Below are positions 13,427-29,310 of a stretch of 64,000 nt of DNA, in pieces. Position 1 is the stretch's first letter, and each line of letters begins with the position of its first letter. This DNA is from Eledone cirrhosa (taxonomy: Eukaryota), in NCBI GenBank assembly GCA_964016885.1, contig OZ024743.1, positions 152,644,001-152,708,000 on the forward strand, given 5' to 3'. Under the pieces are notes generated by a model, which saw nothing but the letters and a program-made list of their open reading frames with translations, was not told the origin of the DNA and searched no databases. Both the position numbers and the translations under genes were made by a program.

Positions 13427-13948
13427 GGTAGAATTCCCAAAACTAATCAGATCAGAGCAAACAGCACGGACACTCTATCTCAAAATTATTTTTGAAAAGC
13501 ATTTAGAAATGTGCAACCGGTAAAAACTTAAAAACTTAAAACCACAACTGAATACTAACCCATACAATCACTAATACTCTATTCCTAATTAAACCATTTT
13601 TCAACTGTGAACAATTTGTCAGCATTTTCTATTCCGTTTACCAATATATATCATCATCATATATATATATATATATATTGTTACTTTCAGAAGATCCTGT
13701 TAAGAGTGAAAGCAGCGATTCTTTGCTTAAACTTTAATCTGTTACTTTAATAAATATTTTCTCTACGGTTCTTATATATTTGATATATATTTATCCTTAT
13801 CGAGCCCTCTTTGGATTTTAGTCTTCAAATTTATTATTATTTCTATTTTTATATATATATAAAGATTTCATCTGAATGAAACAGTACTAGTCCTGTAGAA
13901 GCTCCTTCTATAAAATAAAAAAATATATATATACATATATATATATAC

Positions 13949-13999
<51 letters not shown>

Positions 14000-14001
<2 letters not shown>

Positions 14002-14274
14002 TATCCGCGAGCTTCCAACAGAAATGATCGCATTCTTTAAGGGTATGTCAATATTTATTTATAAAACTGATCTATATTATATTTTATCTGATGAAAGCAC
14101 ACCATAATTTGACTTGATGTCCTTGAAATATGTATAATGAAATAAATATGGTTTTATAAATATAGTTTCCATTTGTTAATATATCGTATTTTTACTCCAA
14201 TAAATTTGTTGAGTGCTTTATATCAGTTATAAAAATATTTGCTTGTCGTATCCCAACAAATTAAATATAACTTC

Positions 14275-14276
<2 letters not shown>
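14000..14276 (+). mobile_element. Solo pLTR (family C) with hammerhead at 14082-14142
   Basis: Similar to 22400-22545 and 37780-37920; ttttat-CTGATGA...GAAA-t.atgt.a-TA-atgaaa. Confidence 0.75.
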
Positions 14277-14311
<35 letters not shown>

Positions 14312-14904
14312 ATATATCATGAGAGGTACCGTTCTCCCTTTGACTAAACTGTAAAGTTAAAATTTCTACTTATTCTATGATAACATTTAAACGTTTTAAC
14401 TCCAGCCAAATCATTAAAGTTTGAAACTTTTTCTGCAGTTCTTCAAAGGTTTCCGCAACAATGAAGAGAGAAAAAAGACTCAGCAATATATCAAAGTCTT
14501 CAACAATGGAGCTTTTACATGGTTATTCAACCAGCTTAAACAGCAGCTAACTCTCACTCAAATTATGTCCTTCCATATTAAAACAAGAAGAATACATTGA
14601 AAAATATGGTCCTAGATACATTGTATTTAAAACTTAAAGACAAGTGGGTCATGTCTAGAATGCTTTTCATCATATGTCTAATCAAACATGGTTGACTTAG
14701 AGCTGAAAAACATTAACAATCATAAACTTTAGAAAGATTCAGTCCTGGACTCATGTCTGATTGCTTCAAATCAGGTTGGTCACTGTTGAAACCCCTTTAA
14801 AGTTTTTAATACCAAATTGCCTGAAACCATCCCTGGATTTATGATGCTAAAAAATCTATTTTAAGGAACCAACTGGAAAAATAGACATAAAAGGATGATG
14901 ATGA

Positions 14905-15533
14905 TGAATGGAAAAGAATGAAACGAAATTTCATTTCTCACTCTTAGTACGGCTGATACTTAAATATAGGTATGTATACGTACATACATATATGTATACA
15001 GACATACAGTAGTATGTATATATATATACATACATGCACACATATATATATGTACGTATGGGTTTACCAAACATTTATTATAATGTTCGGTTTGTTTGTA
15101 AACAAACAGCCTGAATTACGCCGTACAGTGCTCGGCAACCATCGTTGCCTTTTTGTTCAACACTGACACAGGAACGATGTACTAGTTTCAAGCTTATTAG
15201 CTATCGTCAGCATCGTATAACTTTCTGTCAGATGATTGAATGTTTGAAAGTATATACTTTCCTTATGCATATTAACATCAGAAAGGTATACGATACTGAC
15301 GATAATAAGCTTGAAACTAGTACATCATTCCTGTGTCAGTGTTGAACAAAAGGGTGACGATGGTTGCCGAGCACTGTACGTCATAATTCGGGCTGTTTGT
15401 TTACAAACAAACCGAACATTATAATAAATGTTCGGTAAACCCATACGTACATATATATGTATGTGTGCATGTATATACATACTACTGTACGTCTGTACAC
15501 ATATATGTATGTACGTATACATACTTATATTTA
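14905..15533 (-). mobile_element. Non-coding HHR element (retrozyme-like family R1), fold-back copy
   Basis: 15277-15533 is inverted relative to 14961-15232; flanked on both sides by (GAT)n; homologous to 34367-35540. Confidence 0.75.
15175..15215 (-). ncRNA. Minimal type-I hammerhead ribozyme (R1)
   Basis: Minus strand cgatg-CTGACGA-tagctaataagctt-GAAA-c.ta.g-TA-catcg; stem I perfect, GUA triplet. Confidence 0.85.
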
Positions 15534-16699
15534 GATGATGATGATGTATCTTAAACCTTTCTATTGTAATTCTATTGAAGAATTTTTCTTAACTTATGTT
15601 CTTAATAATGAAAAGGTTATTTATATTACTAAATCTCTCCATATTCTTCATCATTGTCAAACTGATTTAAACATTATCGGCAGTGTCTTCCTTTTAAAAT
15701 ATGATAATAAAAGGGTTAATCATATGTGTGACCATTGAAGGCTGTTAATGAAATTAGAGTGTATAAATCACCTTCATTTATTTTCTGGATATATTAATGC
15801 TGACCTTGATCTAACTGAAACATTAATTAAACAACCACAACAACAAAAACAGGCTAATGTAGTAAAGATTCTGAGTTAATTGCTGAAGAAAAATTAAAAA
15901 TCAAATATATTGAATATAAGTGGAATCTTACTAGAATAGTTAATTTATTGTTACTAATTAATACTGTATTGTTAGAATGTCAGATAGAATGCTTTGCAGT
16001 ATTTGTACAAATCCCACAAAGGATAACTTTGTGTTTCATCATTTCAATGTCAATAAAAGAAGTACCAGTCTAGTACTGGGATCATTCCTTCCTCCTAACT
16101 TTTGTATTTCCTCTCTCTCAATCTCACTCACATTTTGGAGAAACTGGCTGTGTTCAGACCTGGCAAGAGGATGGGATCCATAAGGAGATACAGATACATA
16201 CATCATCATCCTTATCATCATTTTAAGTTCATTTTTCATGCTAGCCTGGGTGGAACAGATTATCATAAGCTGAGACCAGATGGGTCAGGGCAACTGCATC
16301 TTGTTCAATACATTCTATAATTTGCATGGTTTTTACAGCTGGATGCTCTTCATAATGCCAACCACCTTACAGCATGTATTGGGTTCATTTCTCATGGCAC
16401 CAGCACTACCACTTTACAGAGTAGACTGAATACATTTTATCAGGACAATAACACTTTACAGAGTTGACTGCATACATATCATCATGGCACCAGCACTAGA
16501 GAGATTTTCACATGCTCATCTAGACTGAAAGTCCTCTCAAACGCTATATTGTCTTTATTTGTTTGCCAAACACTGCAGTCTCTAGTTTCTTACCACATTT
16601 ATTTTTCATGTTGCAATATTTGAACTGGTGGATGTGTTTTTTGTATCATGTCATATCACCAGTCAGCTTTGTCTAGTGTAATTTCCTTCATAAAGTTCA

Positions 16700-16887
16700 G
16701 TTTCTTCAGGCCATTCTTCACAACTCTGTCCCACGCTTTCTTGGACTTCCTCGTCCATAAGTTCCATCTGCTTCAAGTGATCAGTATATTTTTATCGAAT
16801 TCACACTCACCGTAACTATCATTTGCTCATACCAGCACAATCATCTCTTTTGCACGTTGCAGTCAATTCCTCTCATACTCAAACTTT
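16700..16887 (-). mobile_element. RTE-type LINE 3' fragment
   Basis: Minus strand reads ...LSMRGIDCNVQKR...GTYGRGSPRKAWDRVV, similar to other RTE ends in the window. Confidence 0.55.
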
Positions 16888-17087
16888 NNNNNNNNNNNNN
16901 NNNNNNNNNNNNNNNNNNNNNNNNNNNNNNNNNNNNNNNNNNNNNNNNNNNNNNNNNNNNNNNNNNNNNNNNNNNNNNNNNNNNNNNNNNNNNNNNNNNN
17001 NNNNNNNNNNNNNNNNNNNNNNNNNNNNNNNNNNNNNNNNNNNNNNNNNNNNNNNNNNNNNNNNNNNNNNNNNNNNNNNNNNNNNNN
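16888..17087. other. Assembly gap (200 N)
   Basis: Direct. Confidence 0.99.
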
Positions 17088-18444
<1,357 letters not shown>

Positions 18445-18583
18445 TGGAAAGTTATATTTAAATTGTTGGGTTACAACTAGTAAATATTTATACTAGTAAA
18501 TATTTATAACTGATATAAAAGCACTCAACAAGTATATTTACGATATTAAATAAATGGAAACTATATTTATAAAACCATATTTA

Positions 18584-18645
18584 TTTCATTATATATATTT
18601 CAGGGATATCATATTAACAATATGTTATGCTTTCCTCAGACAAAA
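18584..18645 (-). ncRNA. Hammerhead ribozyme (family C)
   Basis: ttttgt-CTGAGGA-stem II-GAAA-t.atat.a-TA-atgaaa; inverted copy at 22442-22503 (+). Confidence 0.75.
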
Positions 18646-19504
18646 TACAATATAGACAGTTTTATAGATAAATAGATTTGACATACCGTTCAACATCGAC
18701 TTGTATTTGAAAAGTTGATTTGGCAGTGAAAAATTGTAAAAAGAAAGAAAGAGAGAAAGAAGGAAAGAAAGAAAGAAAACGAAGAAAAAGAAGAAAAAGA
18801 AGAAATGCATGCAACAAAATACATGCAACAAAATAGAGAGATGGAAAGATAGATAAAGAGAAGAACTTCATGTAAAGAAACAGATATATATATATATAGA
18901 GAGAGAGGAAATAGATAGAGGTAGATATATAGAGAGAAAAGTAGGTAGTTGAACATCCGTTGAATGAACGTATCAATGATACATTTATTTATTTATTTAT
19001 TTATTTAGCTCTAGTATTAATGTAAGGGAGATATATGTGGTTAGGAAAGAAACCAGCCGTTATATAGAGAGAAAAATGAAAAGTAACCAGACATAGGCGA
19101 GGCAGAATTAAAAACCCTATGTTTTAATGTAGAAATATTAGTTCGTATAAAAACCAGGCACTATAATGTAAATATCAGTATTCCTGTATGAGACACGTTT
19201 CCATAATGTGTGAAAAGTAATGATCTTATGTCTAGTTTTAAAATTCATATGTTTATATGATAACTACAAACATCGATGTGAATTTACGTGATCAACTCTG
19301 CAAACCCCTATTTCACACGGAGAACATTCTCATTGTGCTATAAAAATTTAAGTATACATATATGTGTATATATACACATATATATAGAGTCCTATATTAA
19401 TTTTAACAATACTATTCTTCTCTTTACTCTACATGATTATCTATCAAGCAGAAATTAGAGAACAGATTTCAAAATATTAATAAAAAATATCAGAAACAAA
19501 AACA

Positions 19505-19537
<33 letters not shown>

Positions 19538-20009
19538 CAAATAAATAAAATAGAAAACTAAAAAATATTACATATTAAAAATAAAAATATTAAAAATATT
19601 AAAAAATATTAAAATAATAAAAATAAAAACATAATAGAAACATAATATGCCACGCAAATCGACCACAAAGATCAACCCTTCAAATTAATTGACAATATAT
19701 TGCCAAGTTCATTATAAGCATCAGAGTCGAAAACAGATAAAGCTAAAAATTATTTACCAAATCGCGTCTAGCAGAAATCATTTCAAAAAGTTTAGGATGC
19801 CCATTTGGTCTACATATGTTCTTATATTTAATTTAGAAGTTTATCTAGTGTAACGTTTATTCGAAATATTTGGAGCATCAACTTTTAGGGTAGTTTAATT
19901 TTCCATGAAGAATGTTTAAATAAAAATAAAAATAAAAAGAAGAATAAAAAGAGAAATCGAAAGATTTATCGGCTAGTTTCCCAAATAATTATAAATCAAA
20001 CTAAATATA

Positions 20010-21145
20010 CTACATTTTAAATTTAAATTTATATTTAAAAGTTGAGTTCAATCTATGTTTGCAGCAACTGAATAAATTTGTCCGTAGATTAAGGGAATTT
20101 TTAGATTTTAGTATAAAGAATATCTCCTCCGCGCAGAGGTCACATGTCTCAGAGGATGAATTAAAAGGAATCCCTCTTGAAACTATATTCCAAGCCGTCG
20201 AATATCTAACGTTATCTTGCCTAAGTTGCCAGAGTACGCCTGATAGTGCTGTTGAAGATTTTTTGCTTGGATCTGTGAAAGAATTCTTGTGGTTATTATA
20301 GCGAAGTTTAAATTCCGTCGATGTGGAACCGACGTAGTTAAAAGAATTAGAGTCCGTTTTAACATTACAGTTGTATATTATATTTTTAACTAAGCAGTTG
20401 TTATTTAACGGACATTTAGATCTATCTCTACAGTTACATTTGTTAACTTGTATATTATTTATGCTATTATCGCTAGGTTTTAAGTTCCTATTATTTATTC
20501 TATTAATATTTTGTGCTAAATTTTTGGTGGATGAGTAGGTTAATTTTATAGTATGTCTATTGAAAATTGAGTGATACCTATATGTTCTAGGGAAGCGATT
20601 ATCAAGAGCTTTAAAAAATAGTTTAGCGATGTGGGTTTTAATGTTTAGTGAGAAAGGGGGGGGGGGGCAAACCATATTATGTTCCTAGTTCTATTTCTTT
20701 TTTGGCTTTTGGAATTATTGTAATGCTTTCTATTATAGTTGCTAAGGTTGTGGCCGTAATTAAAATAGTTGTTATTTTGTTTAGTTTGTCTATCATTATC
20801 TATGTACATAATCTTATCACTATATCTGCTCTAGCTAACGCTTCATTGTAGTACTGGGCTTTTTCGTCGAAAATCTTTCTATTAGACGAGATTCTAGAGA
20901 TACGTTTTTGAACAGAGTTTACTATAGTGTTTTAGACAGATCTGGGGTGGTTAGAGTTAAAGCTGACATAGTTTAAGTTTTCATTCAACTTGTGAAAAGG
21001 ATAGTGAAGACATGTGTTGAGATTTAATGTTATATCTAGGAAATTGACTATTCTATGGTTGTCTCAATTTCTATTTTTAGATTAAAGTAATTAAAAAATT
21101 GTGTAATTTGTTTTCTTTTTCTATTTAGTTCGGAGTTATTATTTA
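20010..21145 (-). pseudogene. Naiad-type RT thumb + GIY-YIG endonuclease fragment
   Basis: FLDITL, NSNHPRS, PPFSLNIKT, KCNCRDRSKCPLNNNCL, IIY...YVGSTSTEFKLRYNNH, STALS, TCDLC, LNLRTNLFSCCKH; frameshift in a poly-C run near 20660. Confidence 0.9.
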
Positions 21146-22610
21146 TAATCTTTCGATTTCTTCTTTTTATTCTTCTTTTTATTTTTATTTTTATTTAAAC
21201 ATTCTTCATGGAAAATTAAACTACCCTAAAAGTTGATGCTCCAAATATTTCGAATAAACGTTACACTAGATAAACTTCTAAATTAAATATAAGAACATAT
21301 GTAGACCAAATGGGCATCCTAAACTTTTTGAAATGATTTCTGCTAGACGCGATTTGGTAAATAATTTTTAGCTTTATCTGTTTTCGACTCTGATGCTTAT
21401 AATGAACTTGGCAATATATTGTCAATTAATTTTGAAGGGTTGATCTTTGTGGTCGATTTGCGTGGCATATTATGTTTCTATTATGTTTTTATTTTTATTA
21501 TTTTAATATTTTTTAATATTTTTAATATGTAATATTTTTTAGTTTTCTATTTTATTTATTTGTTTATTATTATTATTATTATTATTATTTTTGTTTTTGT
21601 TTCTGATATTTTTTATTAATATTTTGAAATCTGTTCTCTATTTCTGCTTGATAGATAATCATGTAGAGTAAAGAGAAGAATAGTATTGTTAAAATTAATA
21701 TAGACTCTATATATATGTGTATATATACACATATATGTATACTTAAATTTTTATAGCACAATGAGAATGTTCTCCGTGTGAAATAGGGGTTTGCAGATTT
21801 GATCACGTAAATTCACATCGATGTTTGTAGTTATCATATAAACATATGAATTTTAAAACTAGACATAAGATCATTACTTTTCACACATTATGGATACGTG
21901 TCTCATTCAGGAATACTGATATTTACATTATAGTGCCTGGTTTTTTATACGAACTAATATTTCTACATTAAAACATAGGGTTTTTTAAATTCTGCCTCGC
22001 CTATGTCTGGTTACTTTTCATTTTTCTCTCTATATAACGGCTGGTTTCTTTCCTAACCACATATATCTCCCTTACATTAATACTAGAGCTAAATAAATAA
22101 ATAAATAAATGTATCATTGATACGTTCATTCAACGGATGTTCAACTACCTACTTTTCTCTATATATCTATCTCTATCTTTTTCCTCTCTCTCTATATATA
22201 TCTCTCTCTGTTTCTTTACATGAAGTTCTTCTCTTTATCTATCTTTCCATCTCTCTATTTTGTTGCATGTATTTTGTTGCATGCATTTCTTCTTTTTCTT
22301 CGTTTTCTTTCTTTCTTTCCTTCTTTCTCTCTTTCTTTCTTTCTGTTTACAATTTTTCACTGCCAAATCAACTTTTTCAAATACAAGTCGATGTTTAACG
22401 GTATGTCAAATCTATTTATCTATAAAACTGTCTATATTGTATTTTGTCTGAGGAAGGCATAACATATTGTTAATATGATATCCCTGAAATATATATAATG
22501 AAATAAATATGGTTTATAAATATAGTTTCCATTTATTTAATATCGTATATATACATATATATATATACATATATATACATATACATATATATATATACAT
22601 ATATATATAC

Positions 22611-22693
<83 letters not shown>

Positions 22694-22794
22694 CATATAT
22701 ACATATATATATCTATATATATACATATATATATATACATATATATATAGATATACATATATATATATACATATATATATATACCTATATATAC

Positions 22795-22825
<31 letters not shown>

Positions 22826-22837
22826 CATATATATATG

Positions 22838-24168
22838 GATTCCGTAATGGAAGGGATTGCCTGACGCAGCTACTGCATCACTTTGATGACATTTTGAGAG
22901 CCTTGGGAGAGGGTTCCAACACTGATGTTATCTACCTTGATTTCAGCAAGGCCTTTGACAGGGTTGATCATAACATTCTACTGAGAAAGCTGTCCAATAT
23001 TGGTGTCACTGGAAAGCTGCTGCAGTGGATCAAGAGCTTCTGTCAAACAGAACCCAACATGTTGTAGTTGAAGGAGTCAAATCCAGCCCAGCCAAAGTCA
23101 GTAGTGGGTCCCACAAGGCACTGTGTTGGGCACACTTCTCTTCATCATCTATATTAATGACATCACTGACATCATCAAACACAGCAACATTAAAATTTTC
23201 GCTGATGATTCCAAGCTCCAAAAGGTCATCAATGGCGTGGATGACCGGATAAGCCTTCAGTCAGACCTACTGGCTGTTACCCAATGGGCGGAAAAGAACA
23301 ACATGTTACTGAACGAAGACAAATTCGAACTGATCCACTTTGGAAAAGAGGATGCTCTGAAACTCCCGTACTCCCTTCCCCCGGGGAAACTCTCGTGGCA
23401 TCTAACAACATCAGAGACTTGGGAGTAACCGTGGACAGCAACATAAGCTGGGCCACGCATATAAGCAGCAAAGTTGACATGGCCCGCAGAATGTGTTCCT
23501 GGATACTCAGAACCTTCCAGTCGAGAGATTCCCACACCATTATCCTTCTCTTCTCTACTTTTGCCCGACCACACCTTGAATACTGTTGTCCACTGTGGTC
23601 TCCCCACACGAAACAAAGTATCATGAAACTTGAAGCTCCTCAAAGGGCAATCACAAAAAAGATAGATGGCATGTCAGACCTTGACTACTGGGGTCGACTA
23701 GAAAAGCTGAAACTTTACTCACTCCAACGTCGCCGTGAGCGTTATATTATCTGCATGATGTGGAAAATGTTCCATCATCACTGCCCAAATGATGTTGGCA
23801 TCGCCTTCAAGATACACCCAAGGCTTGGGCCCCGTGCTATCCGTCCCATACAAAAATCTAAATCGCAACTCATAACAACAATACGGCACAATTATTTCAC
23901 CTCAATTGGCCCTGGTCTCTTCAACATCACACCAGGACACGTCAAAACAGAAACTGACCACACAAAATTCAAGAAGACTTTGGACAAATTCCTCCAAGTA
24001 ATCCCGGACAAACCACCCACACCCGGATATGTCTCCGCAACAGTAATTCTCTTCTCGAATGGGCCATGGTGCACAAATCCTGAATTGAAAGACTTCGCCA
24101 GGTGGTGCTATTAAGTTAGACATGGCCTGGGCCAATACTGGCCAAAACATTTCAAAGTTATTCAAAGT
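22838..24168 (+). mobile_element. CR1-like LINE, 5'-truncated RT with frameshifts
   Basis: [76 protein letters not shown]; ends in a short caaagtta repeat + (TA)n. Confidence 0.9.
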
Positions 24169-24264
24169 TATATACATATATATATATATATACATATATA
24201 TACATATATATATACATATATATATACATATATATATATACATATATATATATACATATATATA

Positions 24265-24327
<63 letters not shown>

Positions 24328-24555
24328 CATAAATATATATATATATATATATACATATATATATACATACATATATATATACATATATATATATATACAT
24401 ATATATATACATATATATATATATACATATATATATACATACATATATATATATATACATATATATATATACATATATATATATACATATATACATATAT
24501 ATATATACATATTTATATATATATATACATATTTATATATATATATATACATATT

Positions 24556-24586
<31 letters not shown>

Positions 24587-24592
24587 TATACA

Positions 24593-24624
<32 letters not shown>

Positions 24625-24755
24625 CATATATATATACATATATATATACATATATATATACATATATATATATATATACATATATATATACATACATATA
24701 TATATACATACATATATATATACATATATATATATATACATATATATATACATAC

Positions 24756-24876
<121 letters not shown>

Positions 24877-24925
24877 CATATTTACATATATATACATATA
24901 TATATATATATATACATATATATAT

Positions 24926-24974
<49 letters not shown>

Positions 24975-24999
24975 CATATATATATACATATATATATAA

Positions 25000-25035
<36 letters not shown>

Positions 25036-25050
25036 CATATATATATATTT

Positions 25051-25098
<48 letters not shown>

Positions 25099-25109
25099 TA
25101 TATATATAC

Positions 25110-25164
<55 letters not shown>

Positions 25165-25228
25165 CATATATATATACATATACATACATATATATATACC
25201 TATATATATACATATATATATATATACC

Positions 25229-25260
<32 letters not shown>

Positions 25261-25544
25261 CCTATATATTATATATACATATATATATATACCTACATAT
25301 ATACATACACATATATATATATATACATATATATATATCTAGATATATACATACACACATTATACATATATATTATTGCTTTTGAAAACAGCTCGTGATA
25401 TGCATGTAAGTAAATATTCTTTTATCTGATATTTTGTAACTAACCTTACATAGATCAATAACGAAGTATAGCTACAATCTATTATCATCACCTAGAAATG
25501 ATCGTAAAGCAGTGAAGTATATCTCTTAAGACTTGGTACGAGTG

Positions 25545-26872
25545 ATGATGAACGTGTCCCGCATGTGCGACCCAACAGAAATGGAAGACACATCCAACAC
25601 CTCATCAACCGCATGCAGTTCTCTGACTACAACCAAAGAGACAGCATCAGAGTATACGAAGGAGCCTCGGAGAAGTATAAGACCCTCATAGAACTGGACA
25701 TGAAAGGAACTTGCCCATTATACAGGAGCGAATCATGGAATTGCTTAGATAGGACTAAACTTAGGATAGGGAAAACTACCTCATGGTACGACAACCAGAG
25801 ATACCAGAGTATCATGTTTGTGGACGCTACCCTGGAGGGAAATTAGCTAACCAGTGTAGAAAGGCCCTGAGAAAGACCCACTTAAAGATTTAAGGTGGTA
25901 GAAAAGCCAGGAACCACTATAAAATCCCTGATCAGCAAAACCTACCCCTTTTAAGAAAACCCACTGTACTAATAGGAAATGTATCATATTTAAGGTAAAC
26001 CCCCGGATAAACTGTAAAACTAGAAACGTAGTCTATAGCATAAGATGTACAGAGGGTATTTGCAGAAACATGACAACAACATACATAGGCGAGACAGCTC
26101 GTAGCATAGGTGAAACGATAGACCAACACTGGGGGGAACTAAAAGGACGAAAAAACGGTTCAGTACTATACGAACATGCCAGACAACAACACGACGGTAA
26201 CATAGACAACATAGAAATTAGAATAATATCTAAACATAGAAATGACCCAGCAGATAGGCAATCAGAGAGGCCAGTGAAATAGAACTTAGAAGGCCAAGGG
26301 TAAACAGAAAAAAATGAATGGAATAACAACAACACCCAAACAAACAACACTGACTAAGGGACGTATAAATAAATAAATAGATAAATAAATAAATAAATAC
26401 ATACACAAGCACAATAACAACAAACACATATAAACACACACTAGTAAAGATAGAATACATTAACCAATACACAGACACACAATCACGAACACACATCAAA
26501 CAAAACACGATACACACACGCAAACGCATGCGCTAAGAAGACGAAATAAAATAAACAAATAAATAAATATATAAACAGACGAAATAAAAATGGCGTAGAA
26601 AATACAATGCAACGGGAGGAAACAATAGCACCACTGACGATGTTGCAGATATGCAACGATAGCACTTTGATAGACTATACATATGTGTTTGTGTCTATAT
26701 TGTATCTGTATTTTTGACCGTTGGTCAGTCAATGGCAACACTGAGGAGGGAATAAATTAGATTACCGATATGAAAGACATAGAAGCGAACAGCGAAAAGC
26801 AACCAAACAGTGAGTGTGTTCTGTTATTAATTCTGGCAATATTACACAAGTATGACCCTCACCAAGTATAAC
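25545..26872 (+). mobile_element. Diverged family A-like PLE 3' fragment (thumb, GIY-YIG, pLTR)
   Basis: PLYRSESW...WY...SIMFVDAT, KVVEKPG, NCKTRNVVYSIRC, YIGETARS; 3' end similar to family A (tgaccctcaccaagtataac). Confidence 0.85.
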
Positions 26873-26919
26873 TATATAAATATACATATATATATATATA
26901 TATAAATATACATATATAA

Positions 26920-26990
<71 letters not shown>

Positions 26991-26999
26991 TATGAAATA

Positions 27000-27060
27000 T
27001 ATAAGAATCAAAGAACTGTTCAAAACATTGAATGTTTTGAACAGTTCTTTGATTCTTATA
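27000..27060. repeat. Perfect 30-bp-arm palindrome with 1-nt loop
   Basis: tataagaatcaaagaactgttcaaaacatt-g-aatgttttgaacagttctttgattcttata. Confidence 0.95.
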
Positions 27061-27488
27061 TTTCATATAACTGCTCTGTAAATCATCTGATGTTTTTGCA
27101 TTGAGCTACTTAACTTACTGGTAATAAGGTAGTAATACATTACTGCCTACCACTATTTAGGGTTTGTATAAAAAATACATATAACTGCATAAGGTTTTTG
27201 TATTTACATAACCATAAATAGTATAATTAATACTATACATATATATATATATATATACAATCATATATATATATACATGTATACATATATATATATACAT
27301 GCATATATATATACATATATACATATATATATATACATACATATATATGCATACATATATATATATACATACATATATATATATATACATACATATACAT
27401 ACATATATATATACATACATATATATATATATACATATATGTATATATATATATAAATATATATATACATATATATATATATACATAC

Positions 27489-27530
<42 letters not shown>

Positions 27531-27747
27531 TATATATATACATATATACATATACATAAGTCAATTGCATGAACTCATAATCCTTTATTTACTGCTATAT
27601 ATATTTCGATGATAGCAATTGAATGGCTGTGACCTCATCAGGCAGTTAGTCAGTTCTTAGATATGCCAGCTGTGTGTATATATATATACATATATATATA
27701 TACATATATATATATATACATATATATATACATATATATATATATAC

Positions 27748-27795
<48 letters not shown>

Positions 27796-27797
<2 letters not shown>

Positions 27798-27882
27798 CCA
27801 CGTCATGCAAATCTCTCAGATCCCTCGACAGCCTGTTGAAGAGTTGAGGGCCCTTGAATCCCAGGCTATTACAATACCTGCT

Positions 27883-27938
<56 letters not shown>

Positions 27939-27955
27939 TATACATATATATATAT

Positions 27956-28036
<81 letters not shown>

Positions 28037-28077
28037 AATATATATATACATATATATATATACATATATATATATAC

Positions 28078-28108
<31 letters not shown>

Positions 28109-28149
28109 CATATATATATACATATATATATATATACATATATATATAC

Positions 28150-28207
<58 letters not shown>

Positions 28208-28262
28208 GTATATATATAAATATATGTATATATATATATGTATATATATATATGTATATATA

Positions 28263-28323
<61 letters not shown>

Positions 28324-28600
28324 AGCAGGTATTGTAATAGCCTGGGATTCAAGGGCCTTCAACTCTTCAACAGGCTGCCGAGGGATCTGAGAGATTTGCA
28401 TGACATGGAGGTGGATGTCTTAAAAAAATATTTCGACACCGTGTTATCCAGGATCCCGGATGAGCCCACAGCAAGGCACGAGGTAAAACTAAGGGCAGCA
28501 GCAACAAACGCCCTCTTACACCAGTGGCCAACCTATACAGGCTGGAGATAAATGTGTAGCAACAAGGGTGGTGCCCCAGCATGAAACAGCATGAAACAGG
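27796..28600 (+). mobile_element. CR1-like LINE 3' terminus (28320-28600) with an inverted partial copy (27796-27886)
   Basis: [26 protein letters not shown]...VLSRIPDEP...AAATNALL resembles the CR1 C-terminus at 23880-24050. Confidence 0.75.
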
Positions 28601-28850
28601 TAAAATAGTAAAAGAGGATATATGTATATATATATATTTATATATGTATATATATTTATGTATATATATGTATATATATATATATGTATATATGTATATA
28701 AATATATGTATATATATATATATGTATATATATATGTATATATGTATATATATATATGTATATATATATGTATATATGTATATATATATATGTATATATG
28801 TATATATATATATATGTATATATATATATGTATAAATATATATATATGTA

Positions 28851-28897
<47 letters not shown>

Positions 28898-29049
28898 AAA
28901 TATATATATAGTATGCTAGGGAAAGGATCAGGGGTGTATAACACTCCACTTATCCAGCAGGCAGTATGAGGTTAGCTCAATGTAAGGACAGAGCCGTAAT
29001 ATAATAAATAAATAACAAAGAACGCTTATAGCATATGCATATCTTTACT

Positions 29050-29095
29050 TGCTAACATTGTTTCATCCGCACTATAAGTGGGACTCATCAGAGCA
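29050..29095 (-). ncRNA. Hammerhead ribozyme (family D)
   Basis: tgct-CTGATGA-gtcccacttatagtgcggat-GAAA-c.aat.g-TT-agca; inverted copy at 34067-34112 (+). Confidence 0.85.
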
Positions 29096-29179
29096 TAAAG
29101 GTTAATTACATACCATACAAGCAATAACAAATCCAAGACATTGAAGAATAAAAGGTAATAATAGACGATAGAGGATAAG

Positions 29180-29310
29180 AATAAAAATAAAAATAAAAGT
29201 AAAAATAAAAATAAAAATAAAAATAAAAATAAAAATAAAAATAAAAATAAAAATAAAAATAAAAATAAAAATAAAAATAAAAATAAAAATAAAAATAAAT
29301 ATAAAAATAA
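29180..29310. repeat. (AAAAAT)n array within the PLE 3' UTR
   Basis: Direct. Confidence 0.9.

Larger units (their letters stand above)
18446..22545 (-). mobile_element. 5'-truncated Naiad-type PLE (family C) with ~1.4 kb inverted arm
   Basis: 18540-19965 and 21147-22545 are near-perfect inverted repeats; the centre encodes thumb + GIY-YIG on the minus strand. Confidence 0.9.
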
